Under the pieces are notes generated by a model. That model was not told the origin of the DNA. It saw only the letters and a program-made list of their open reading frames with translations, and made no database searches. Below are positions 48,201 through 59,706 of a DNA stretch of 64,000 bases, in pieces. The DNA comes from Protoeuglena noctilucae (taxonomy: Eukaryota). The stretch's first letter is position 1, and every line of letters begins with the position of its first letter. Location: positions 1,860,001-1,924,000 of the forward strand of contig OY253668.1 of assembly GCA_958009085.1 (NCBI GenBank). Direction: 5' to 3'. The translations under genes and the position numbers were made by a program.

Positions 48201-51038
48201 AGACGATGACGACGCGCGACCCCCACGAGTGTGCTCTGGCCGGGCTTGCCGAGTCCAACTACCTCGGCGCATCGTGCTTTGTGTTCGGGACAGATAACAA
48301 GTTCCGCCGGACGTGCTACGAGATCGTCTCCCACCCGATCTTCCAGAACGTCATGTCGCTGCTCATCCTGGGTGAGTGCAAGCGCCGTGATGGACATGCA
48401 ATGTTACATGTTTGGTGCCGCATGCGCCCACCGTGCCACCCGCCCCGGCAGCTCTCATCTCCAGCCTGCACCCATGCAACCACGCGCCGTTCCTCTCCGC
48501 AGCCAACTGCGCCATCATGATGTTCGAGAAGCCCCAGATGGCGAGCGGCTCGGAGCTGTGGGTCTTCTTGGTGGCCACGGACGTCATCTTTACGGTGATC
48601 TACATCGTCGAGGCTGGGCTCAAGATCTTCGCGCTGAGTTTCCGCCGGTACGCGGCGCGAACGACCAACGTGATCGACCTGCTGGTCGTCATCAGCTCGG
48701 CTCTCTCCGTGGCCACGATGCCCACCGGCCTCAACATCAAGATCGTGCGCGCTCTGCGGGCCCTTCGGGCCTTCAAGCCCCTCCGCATCATCACCAGGCG
48801 AGGCGGCGTTCGCAACAAGGCGGCAATTTGCAAGAACACAGCGCAGAGAGGCGCACATGTGCCGCCTCGCCTCTGCAGTGTGCGCGTCGTCCGCTGCGGT
48901 CGTCCCTGCGCTTAGCTGACTTACATCCGCCTCTTTCTCAGCCAAACCGCCCGCGTGTCAGCCGACTCGCCAGCTCCGCCCGCCTCTCCCCGCAGGAGCC
49001 AGGGCATGCTGGTGATCCTGCGCTCCATCACGCTGTCGATGGTGGCCATGGCCAACCTCCTCATCGTCCTCACCCTCGTGTGCCTCGTCTTCAGCATCTT
49101 CGCCGTGCAGCTCTTCGGGGGGCGCCTGGGCTCCTGCAGCGACCCGTCCATCTCCACCCTCGCCGCCTGCACGGGCCTCTACTACGACGGCTCGGCCTGG
49201 GTCGAGCGAACATGGCAAAACCCTTTCTTCAACTTCGACAACGTCCCCAACGCCATGCTCACGCTCTTCGCGGTCGGAACGCTCGACAACTTCTCCGCCC
49301 TCGTGTCCCTGTGCATGGACGTCGCGGGGGAGGGCTCCGTGCTCTTCTTCATCGTCTACATCGTCATCGTCACCTTCTCCATGTCGCAGCTGTTCGTAGG
49401 GCTCATCTTCTTCCAGTACACGCGGCTCAAGCTCCTCGCCGACACGGGCACCGCCTTCTTCACCAAGCGACAGACGCAGTGGGTCGAGATCAACCGCATC
49501 CTCGCCAGCATCAAGCCGCAGGTACGCGCATGTGTTACACACATGCCCGCCCGGCTTCTAACTAGAATGGGCAACTTGTTTTCGCTCCTCCGTCCGCAGC
49601 GACTGGCTCTGCGTGCCTGACTCCGCTGCGCCTGAGCCGCCGCTCCTCTCCTTTGCCCTCACAGCAAGTGCTCCGCATGCCCCGCTCCCGCGTCCGCCGT
49701 TGGGCGCTGTCGGTGGTCCAGTGGCGGCACTTCGACACGCTCGTCCTCACCCTCATCGTCCTCAACTTTGCGCTCCTGGCCTTCCCGGTCTATCCGGACA
49801 CCTCGCGCATGGCGCTGGGTCTCAAAATCGCGGGACTCTACTTCTCCTGCGCCTTTATCGCCGAGGCGGTCCTCAAGTCCACCGCCCTCGGCTGGCGCGC
49901 CTACTTGCGGCCGTCGTGGAACCGATTTGACTTCGCCATCGCCCTCGTGTCCATCGCCGACGTGTGCATCGTCCTCGCGGCGCCCTCGGGGGCCTTCGCC
50001 GTCGGGGTGTTCAAGCTCCTGCGCATCCTCCGCCTCGCACGCATGCTGCGGCTCGTCAAGCGCGTCAGGCGAGGCGGCGCTCGGGCTGCCTACCGCACAG
50101 AGCCCCTGACATGATGGCACCCGTCTCGCGGGCCTATGGCAATGTCCCCGTTCCCTCGTCCCAACACCTCCCTACCCCATCTCTGTTTTCCCAGGATGCT
50201 CATGGACCTCTTCAGCACGTTGATCGTCTCGCTCCCCGCGCTGTGGTCGCTCGGCGCGGTGCTCTTCATCATGATGTACATGTACGCCTACGCCGGCGTC
50301 ATCCTCTTCGGCTCCGTCGAGGAGGGCAGCTACCTTGACCAGCACGCCAACTTCTCCGACTTTGGCCACGCCCTGCTGACGCTCGTGCAGTTCGCCACCA
50401 TCGACAACTGGTCCAGCACCTTAGAGGACCTCATGGTGCGGCCGCCCGCGTGCTCGGTGACGCAGGGCGACTGCGGGTCGAGGCTCGCGGTGCCCTACGC
50501 CCTGTCCTTCGTCATCCTCGTGTCGATCGTCCTCGTCAACCTGCTCCCGACCGTCATCGTCGAGAACTTCGAGACGTCGCTCGAGCAGGAGGCGTGGGAC
50601 GTGCACCCGCGCCACGACATCGAGGCCATGGTGGCCGCCTGGGCGCGCTACGACGACGGGTCCAACACCATCCGCCCCGACCAGATGGAGGCGCTCCTGA
50701 TTGACATCGGGAGGCCCCTCGGGATCGGGCCCGACTCGACGCAGGAGGAGGTCGCGGAGTTCTTCGCGCAAATCCGCATGCCTCTCACCAAGGACGGACG
50801 CATCGCCTTCAGCGCCGCCATGTACGAGGTCTGCCGGCGCGTCTGCGAGGAGGACCTGCCACCCGGCGAGGCGCACGACATGGTGGAGGCCACCTACCGC
50901 CGGATGGTCGCCAGCGCCGCGCACGTGCGCTCGATCCGGCCTTGGGAAAGAGGCGGCGGCAAGAAGGCCGACCCGGGGCGCCGCGTCGTCCACGTGCAAA
51001 GCGTCGACCAGCGCGAGCTCGTCGTGGTGTCCAGCTAA
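42290..51038 (+). CDS. Four-domain voltage-gated cation channel alpha subunit (Cav/Nav-like)
   Basis: Four 6-TM repeats with S4 segments (LRAFRTLRVLRPLR; RAARTIRVLRGLRVLRMVR; RALRALRAFKPLR; KLLRILRLARMLRLVK), four pore loops and an EF-like C-terminus. Start approximate; frame discontinuity near 46626. Confidence 0.92.
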
Positions 51039-51067
51039 TAGAGCTCGTCGTCATGTCCAGCTAATAG
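51015..51067 (+). repeat. 26-bp tandem duplication spanning the channel stop codon
   Basis: gagctcgtcgtggtgtccagctaata followed by gagctcgtcgtcatgtccagctaata (2 mismatches). Confidence 0.9.
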
Positions 51068-51317
51068 CGCCCTTTAGGTAGCCAGTCGCACGTCGTAATA
51101 GCGGCATTGTCTCCTAGTTCTAGTGAAACACGCGACTCTGAAAAATACTCTGACATACAGACGAGCTCAGGCGCCCTGGACCGTCGCGTTGTCAAATAAT
51201 CTCACGCGGTGCTTCGTAGAGCCCCCAATATCCGCCGATCGACGGCGGATTCGTGCAGCTGTTCGCGGTGGACCGGGCCGCCCCTCGTCTCGTCTGTGCG
51301 CCGCCGTCCTCTCATCG

Positions 51318-54300
51318 ATGGCTCCTTATCAATGGAAGGCGGACTCATGCCGTCCGCATCGCGGTCGACGGGCGCGCGGGGCCCGGCCCGAAAGGTGGGT
51401 CCACAGGGTCCACACCTAGCGCGCCTCAAGCGCCTCGTCTTCGACTAGCACAGTCCTCGTGCGCTGGATCTAACTCGAGGGACACAGCCCCGGCGGCTCC
51501 TGCGCTCCCCGGATTACGCAGGGACCCTGCCTTGCTCAATCGCTCCCGTTGCCTTTCTGTCCGCACGCAGCTGATATTCCGCGTTGTCTCCTGGTTGAGG
51601 GACGGTCTTGCGGGACGGGAGGTGGACGTAATCGTACAGGGGCTGGCCAAGGGCTTCGTGCAGGCCACAGCTCTACGCATCACGATCATCCACCTCCTCG
51701 TGGCCTTCGTCTCCGTCGTCACAAGGGCGCTGCGCCCCGAGGAGAACACGCCGGTCTTCCCAGTACTGAACTACAATCATGAGATGGCCCTGCCCGGCAG
51801 CCATTGTCGAGGCGGCCCGGATGACGGCTTCTGCACCCCGGGGTGGCTGACTGGGGCCTTCCTGGGCCTCACCGTCGGGCAGGTGCGCGCTGCCATGAAC
51901 ACAGAGACGATGAACATGGCGATCCTGCAGACCCGGCTTGAACTGCGCTCTTCCGATCCCTTGCCGCAGCTGGCGCTACTGGTCCCCGGCTGCCTCGCCC
52001 TGGCAGTCCCATCGCGCCTCCAGCGGGGCCTGACCAACGTGGTCGCCGTGGGAGACAGCGCCTTTATCGTCGCCCGATGGGCCGCGCGCATTTTGGCCCT
52101 CTTCCATTCCAACACCGTCCTCACAGGTGACCCTGGCTCAGACACTTTAAGCGCTCTCTGTTACCACCCTCGCAGGGTGGCAGCGTGCATCCTCGCCGCG
52201 AGATGACCACAAGACACCTTTTCGCCCTTCCCGCAGCCCTGGCCGGGTTTGCCCTGGAGACGTCAGATGTCACGATGGATGTGATGCTCTACGGTCTCCT
52301 CCTGGCCTCGTCTGCTGCGCCCTGGACGGCCTGGCTCGGCCCGATCATGATCGTCCTCGGCACCGTCATCATGTGCGGCCGAGAGATCGCCGTCAACGCG
52401 CGCCTGGGCCTCTGGCTGCAGTGGCGCGCCGCAGCCATCATCATCGTGCCCGGCACCTGGCTGGTCACCACGCCGCTCATGGAGATTTGCTGCGGCGTCC
52501 ACAACTCCCTATTTCCCGGCCAGCACCCGCCCTTCCGGCCCCCCTACTGCCGCTGCCGCAAGTGCACGCACTACCACCAGCGCCACGTGCGCCATTCCGC
52601 AAAGGAAGGCGCGTCAGACGAGCGCAGCAAGCGGTCCATCAGCGCGGGGAGCGGTGTGACGGGGACCAGCGAACAGACAGCGGGCGGCATCTGCACTTGC
52701 GAGGAGCGCCCGTGCATCGTGGGCCGCATGCGTGCCGCTGTGTGCAACAACCTCCTCCTCGCCAACCTCCTCCTCGCCGTCGTATGGCTGCTCGGCCCGG
52801 CCGGTCTCGTGCTCGCGGGCTTCAAGATCACCCAGTGGAATCAGGAGGTGAGCACGATACGCTGGAATGCGGTGAGTGCTGGGCGCCGAGGGCCCCTCAG
52901 AGGCACATGCCGCCCTTCCCCCAAGCACAGCCTGCCCGATTCTCGACATTGGTGACGAGACGTGTCTTTTCCAGAAACTGCGATCAATGTTTTGTGACAT
53001 GGGACACCTAACGTTTCATGCTGTGCTTTGTCCCACGCAGACGCAGCTGCGGTACGAGGCGTGTCGCGCGGGCTACTCTCGCGACTGCCACCCTCCGCCG
53101 CTCGTGTTCTGGGATGCCGTGACCCCCATTCTCCTGTTCTTTTCCTTCTTTATCACCTTCGGGGCCGCAGTGCGCCTCGCCAGGTAACACCCACGCCATC
53201 CTAGCGCCAACACCACCCTCGCTCGTCAGTCTTGTCAGCCTTGTCAGCCTGACCTCTCAAGCCCTGCCTTCTCTCATTCGACACATACATCGCACATATT
53301 CACGCGCGCTTCCCATGCTTCACCTCGTAGGGTCCTAATATCCCATTGCGACGCCCTGCTCACCGACATCATGCCTCGGGACGTGGCCAGGACACTCGTG
53401 ACCACGCAGGCCCTGAGCCAGACCAGGACAAGGGACCTCAACGGCTCCACCACCGTCTCGGGGGCACTCTCGGGGCCCCCCATCGTGAGTGCTGGATTAT
53501 GCATGCGGCTGCAAGGGCGACCATCGCGGCATGTGCCCATGCACTCTGCATTGCGGCGGGCGCAATGTGCATATCTTGCGTAGCTTCGTACGCTTGTCAC
53601 CATGTCTCTGCTCATCTCTCGCCCCTCCCACCACCTCGCTCATTCACCCTCACCCTGCTCACTCACCCCTCACCCCCGCAGCCGTCGCTGTCCTCCCCGG
53701 GTCTCTCCAGCAACGCCTGGCCTTTCTCGAGCCTCCCCGTGGACCCCAACCCGGTTCTACTCCTCTCCGTGCACGCCCCCGCCATGCGCACCCTCAGCGT
53801 GCCGGCCATGCCACTGCGACAGGCGCCGGGGGCGGTGACGGAAGCAGTGACTGGGGCGGCGACAGGGGCTGAGGCGGCACCCCAGATAGAAGAGGAGTCG
53901 CTGCAATCGGTGGCAAGCGAGGGCCGAGAAGGATTGGAAGAGGGCGGGAGTGACGGGGCGGAGGATAGTGACGGAGTGGATGAGGGAGAGGGCGCGGGGT
54001 CAGGGATGGCAGAGGAGGGCGTGGGGGAGGAGAACGGTGACAAAGGGAACGTGGATGTGACGGTGCGAGTCCCTCGTGAGGACGAGGGGGAGGAGGTGGG
54101 GCGAGAGAGGCAGCAGCTGGGTGTGCGACGCGGGTGGAGCGAGGGAGAGCATCACAAGGCGCATACGTGGGGGCGGTTATCGCGCCGGCGGTCGTCCCTG
54201 CCCGTCAGGCGAGGGCCAGCGTCGCAGCAGGGTGCCGGAATGTGCTGTAGTTGTGCAGGTTTGGCACCCCATGCTGCATGCGCGTCTCTGCACTTTACGT

Positions 54301-55951
54301 CGCTCACGCCGGCCCCCAACCACTTCCCCGCCCTGTAGCCTGCACAGCATCTCTGCCGCGCGGCTCCATGCTCGCTCCAGTCCTCAGCTATGGAAAACAA
54401 AGCCTCGTTTCTTACGCAGGCCCACCGTGGCGGTGTCAGAGGAGATCAGAGAGGTGCAAGGTGGAGAGGGGTTCCCAAGCCACGTCATCCACACTCATAG
54501 GGAGCTGCTCAAAGTGAGCGACCCGAGTTGCATCACCCGCCTCTGTGCCCGTTCCCGTCCCCCCCACCTCGCTGCCGCTTTTGTTCTGCCGATTGCACCA
54601 CGCTGCTCACCCCCCACACGTCACGGCCTCTTCTGTGCCACCCCCCGCAGCTCCCGCCCCTGACGTATAACCACGAATGGGCCGAAGTGACGCTGATGTT
54701 CTCCGACCTCGTGGGGTTCACAAGGGTGACCAGTGATTGGCAATCGATGTGACTGAGTATGCCCAACTCTGTGTCCTCTTTACCCTGTTCGTGCCTCACG
54801 CACTCTCGCCCGCAGCTAGCCAGCGGCATGAGCCCGCACGTCACTCTCAAGACCCTCCACGCCCTCTTCTGTCTGCTTGACGTCGTCTCCACACACCTGC
54901 GATGCTGGAAGTACGAGGTGCGGCAAGATGGGGCGCTAGAATGGTGGCAGGGCTGAGGTGGATGAGGTGCAATGCAATGATGGGGTGCGACACAGCTATG
55001 GTGTCCAGGGCTGTGTTGTAAACACTTATGAGGGATGTGCACTGCACAGTAGAAGCGAAGCTGGTGATTGACCCAGTCACTTTTGTCTCCTCTCACCCAT
55101 AATACGATACCGTGTTTACCTTCTGTACCACAGACGGTGGGCGATTCGTACATCACGGCAGCCAACCTGGTCCGCCGGGACTGTCGGCACCGAATGGCCT
55201 CCCTTCGCATGGCAGTCACGCTCATCAGCGTCGTGGGACAGGTCGACGTGGCAAGGACGGGGCCGGGGGCGGGACCGGGGCCGCTGGAGGCGAGGGTGGG
55301 GCTGCACACGGGTCCAGGTGTGGCTGAGGCTTGTGGCAGTGGTGCATGCGGGGGCAGTGCGGGGCAAGCAGCGGCGGCTGGGCAGGGTTGGCGGGGCTGG
55401 ATTCCTTTGTCAGCGATGTTATCCGCTTTCCGCAGTGGCGGCGGGCGTGTTGGGCCGCAAGCGCCGGGTGATGAATTTGGTGGGTGACACGGTCAACGTC
55501 GCATCGAGGATGGAGAGCTCTGGGCTCCCTGGATGTGTTCAGAGCACGATGGAGTTCTGGCAGGGCCTGCCCAATCACGTGGAGGGGCTGTTTGGGGATC
55601 GCGTGGAGGAGGTCAAGGCGAGGGGGGTGGGATGATCGATGGATTGATGGGCTGACTGTGGGATGTGCAGTGCGAGGGGAGAGTGGCGGTGTTGGCGATG
55701 GCGTGGGTTTGCATGTAATGGACTGTGTCATTCGAACCCGTGCACATTGGCCGACTTGTCATGCTCAACAGCCGTAGGTACACTTTGTAAACGTGTCACT
55801 CGTCCCCACCATCTCGCAGGGCAAGGGGCCGATGCCGGTCAAGACCCTGGATGTCGCAGCCCAGGCAGACGCGTGCCGGCGGTTGCAGCTCGACCTGACT
55901 CAGGACCCTGCCGTGTCGGGTGCTCTCTTGGCAGAGGTGGGGCGGTTCTAA
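51318..55951 (+). CDS. Membrane-bound class III nucleotide cyclase (guanylate-cyclase-like)
   Basis: Multi-TM N-terminus; LLTDIMPRDVA; VTLMFSDLVGFT; KYE/TVGDSY; RVGLHTGP/V.AGVLG; LVGDTVNVASRMES; EVK/GKGPM. TAA at 55949-55951; start approximate. Confidence 0.9.
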
Positions 55952-56658
55952 CCACCCTGGCCACGATTCTGACCGTCTATCAGTCACTCATCCCGTGCCA
56001 CATCGCCAACCTGTTGCCTATGTTTCGGCTCTGTTGCACCCTGCAGCGCTTCATGGCACTCTGCACAGCGCCCTCCTACAACACGGTGCATTCTGCAGCC
56101 CTTTCCGTATCTTTGCGCATCCTGCAGTGCCTTCTGTGCAGCACAGTGTGTGTGTCATGGCACCAGCGGCGCATTTGTGGCAACAACAGACCTGGTCCTG
56201 TGCTCTTGCGTCCCCCTTTGTTCATTCCCCGCCCTTTGGCTTCCCTCGCCCCCAACTACCCTCCCCTTATCCATCCGCCTTTGGCTTCCCTTACCCACCC
56301 ATGCCAGCCACCCTAACTCTGCTTCCCAAGCGTGCGCCCAACGCCCGGTAAGGTATGCCGGCGGGCGCCTGGCCGCAGCACGCCGCTCTTGTCCCAAGAG
56401 TGCAGTGCCTTTACGTGGGAACGACGGTATCCTCAGCGTTCCCTCTCCAGAAATGTGTTGCTTAGAGCGCTTGCCCTTTCCCAGCTCTGCAGCGACCCCG
56501 ATAGGGCGGCAAGGGGCCAGAGCGCACTCTTCTTTGGTTTTTCGCGCACCGGACACCGAGCCGCATCGCACGGACTCTTGAAGCTCATGCTGCCATTCGC
56601 AAGGTGCGTCGGTGCGTATACGAGCGTTGTGGAAGCTACGCGTGCGCCCTCGGCAGCC

Positions 56659-59162
56659 TCAGCGAGCGCCCTGGGGACCTCCCCCGCCCTCCCCGCCCTC
56701 GCCCCGCTTCCAAGGCTCACTCCTCAGCAGCTCCCGCAAATCATCCAGCTTCACGAGCATCCTCGCCGTCATGTCCTTCGCCTTTTCCACCTCCCCCAGC
56801 ACTCTCTCCATCTTCTCACTCATCCCCGCATTCGCCTCCATAATCTTCGCCAGGTCCTCCATCTGCTGCCCCAGCCGAGCCAACCCAACAGCCACAGCGT
56901 CCCCCGGCAGCGACTCTTGCGGCGTGTCTTGCATTCGTGGCACCGTCCGCCCACCCCTGCCCCCCTGACGCCCTCCCCTGCCCCTCTTGCCACGCTGCCC
57001 CGCTCCCCGTGCCGCCTCCTCTCCCCAGTCCTCATCCGACCCTCCCGACTGCCCCGCAATGTCATCGCCGTGATCCACGACACCGCGCTTGCGCCGTGAG
57101 CCCCGGATGCTGGGTAAGGGCTCAGGTGTACCCAGGTCTGCCACTCCCACGCGTCGGAGTGGGGCGCCGCCCTCCTCAGCGTTGGGCAGGGGCAAGGGGT
57201 CCTGGGGCCGGGCCTCTGGCGGTATCGGCACCGGTGCAGGTGCAGGTGCAGGCGCGGGCGGGGCCACTGCAGCCGGGAGGGCGAAGAGCGGGGCCGCCGC
57301 TTTCTTCGCGGGGCCCTCTGGCGCGCGGGGTTGGGCCCTGCGCCCGGCCTGCGACACAAAGCGCTTAGAGGATGCGTCGCGGCACGTGCAGACACGCGCA
57401 GAACATAGCAATGCGACGATGGCCCTTGCGTGACACTCACCTCGTGCACCCCCGTGCCAGAACCTGAGCCAGGCGCCTCGCCCCCGCCCTCGCCTGCCCC
57501 TGCGAGTGCACAAGTGCAGGCGACACGATTGTTGTATGAAGCAATGTGCTACGCCGACCCATTTGAACCCCACCAACCCAGCCGAGCCAGCTTGGCTGCG
57601 TCCCATCACCCCGTCGCTAACCCAAGCATCCCACCAACCCCGGCTCATCCCTGCGCCCCAGCGCGCCCTCACCCGCACCGTCCTGCATCTGCCGGTACCG
57701 CTGAATGAGCTCCAGGTGCCCAGACAGGCGCATCATCCATGCCACGGCCGCACGCCGCTGCTCGTGGGGCACGTTCTCGAACACCCGCCGCTCGAAATCT
57801 GAGAAGGGCGTCGCGAGGGCCGCCGCAGCGGTCGCAGCATCGATGTCAAACGGCGCGGCAACCCCGGCCGCGCCGACCAAAACGTCGTCGTCGTCTAGGT
57901 CTTCGTCATCTTCGGTCGCCAGGGACCGCGCCCAGCGAGGCGGCATGTGGTCCTCCACCAGGCCCATCGTACGCTGCAGCGACCGCACTTCGGTGTCCGG
58001 CAGCGACGAGGGGTCCAGGCCCAGCAGCGCACACGCCCCCTGCAAAGACACGGGCTATGCTGGTCATGACGCAGGTCGTAGCTGCGATGGGGACTGGGCT
58101 GGCCGTAATGGTGCGAGGAAACTGGTACTACTGTGACGGGGTCTGCCAATGCGTGTGCGCTTGCTGAGCCTAGCCAGTCTCAACAGTAAGGCGCCTGGTT
58201 TTACTGGTCTCGCAAGCGCCCCCTCCCCCCGCCGTCACCTCCACGCTCGGCCCGTGGGTGGTCTTGAGCAGGTCATCGATCACGACCTTGAGTGCCGCAT
58301 CTCGCGCCGTCGCCTGCCGACGCCCCGCCGCTGTCCTGCCGGCCCCTCCACTTGAGCCTGCGGGACAGGCGACGGGACGCTCACTGCGCCTGAACCTCTT
58401 TCGCACCCCTGGACTGCGCCCCGCCTTAAAGCCAACCACGCCACACACTCATGTCCTTGCAAAGCGCTCATTCCCTCCTACCCTGCCCCTCTCCATCCCT
58501 TCTCCCTTCCCTCCTGACAGCTATCTAACTCACTGACCCACTCACCGCTGCCCCGTGAGGCCCGCCCCCCCGGGCGCCCCACCATGTTTGCCGGAGGTGG
58601 CAGGGGCGGCCAGCCGAGTTCTTGAAAGAGCATTGGCACGAACACGTCCCTGCTGAAGTCCCTGGACTTGGCGTGATCCTCGTAAAACTGCCGGGACACC
58701 TTGTACCCACGCTCACGCACAAGGCGCTGGGCTGCTTCGTACGCCGCCCGCACCGCCGTGTCGTGATCGAGGCCTGCGGGTGACAGAGTGCTGAGGCAAA
58801 TGGATCCAAACAACCCCATGCCGGTGTCGTGGCGGCTCCCGGGCAGTCAGCACCAGTCGCTGGCACCCAGCTGGCTCGAGGCACCGCACTGTGAGGCACG
58901 ACGGAGCAGCTGCCGTGGCGCCAGCCTCACCCAGCTTGTCCGTGTACTCCCGGGTCAGCGTCACCGTCCGCCGCGTCTCGCTCCCTTCCCAGTTAAACTC
59001 CGTCTCGAAGCGACTGCCCGGCTGGGCGCCCGCTTGGGTCGGGTTGACCTTCCCCAGTCGCGTCTCGTACAGAGGAGGCTCGTCGCCCATTCCGCCCGCA
59101 ACAGGACCGTTGCTGGCGGCCAAGATCGCACGCTTTCCATCCTCTTCGGTCAGGTGCGCCAT
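56659..59162 (-). CDS. Orphan hypothetical protein with acidic patch, basic motifs and C-terminal coiled coil
   Basis: About 6 exons with GT-AG junctions, from MAHLTEEDGKRA to LARLGQQMEDLAKIMEAN...LDDLRELLRS...GPQGAR*. Confidence 0.65.
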
Positions 59163-59706
59163 GGAATGCGCGCCGGGGACGCCTGCGGGAGGCGAAGCGC
59201 GCACAGCATAGTGGCAAGCAAGCCTTGGCTGCGAAGCGCGATAAGAGCAGTAAAACGCGCGGACCAGCGGTCGAACGCTTTAATGCGATTTAACAGAAGG
59301 TGACTGAGGCCCGCGAGATGCGCTTCAGACGAGCGATGCTCCCACAGCGCAACTTGGATTTGCTCGCACTGTGCTGCGCATTTTCCAAGCGATCTCGACC
59401 GCGACCGCGACGACTCGCCTGGCTCCCTTTAAGGATTACTCCTAGAGCCGTTTTCACCAAGCATGGCGCTTCAGAGGGGCTCCGGAGGGCGTGACCAAGT
59501 GGAGCTCGATGTGCTTGGTTTCAATGCGAGAGAAAGCGCCGGACGTAGCGGTGGTAAACGAACAGAGTAGAAGACGCTGCCACTGTTTACAGCGATGACG
59601 CGGGACAGCGGAGATACGAGCATTCTTGCGTGCGCCAGTGAGGCCAGGGCATACATCGACAAGCATGGTCCGACATAAAACAAACCAGCAGTTCCACTAC
59701 AACACC

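Noticed and set aside
51571..53185. Possible enzyme-rhodopsin (TM region + cyclase)
   Set aside because: No DxxxK/SxxxK retinal-binding helix or RYxxW motif found.
56230..56292. CCTTTGGCTTCCCT direct repeat and Pro-rich ORF
   Set aside because: Two copies only, in a pyrimidine-rich region between convergent genes; no coding support.
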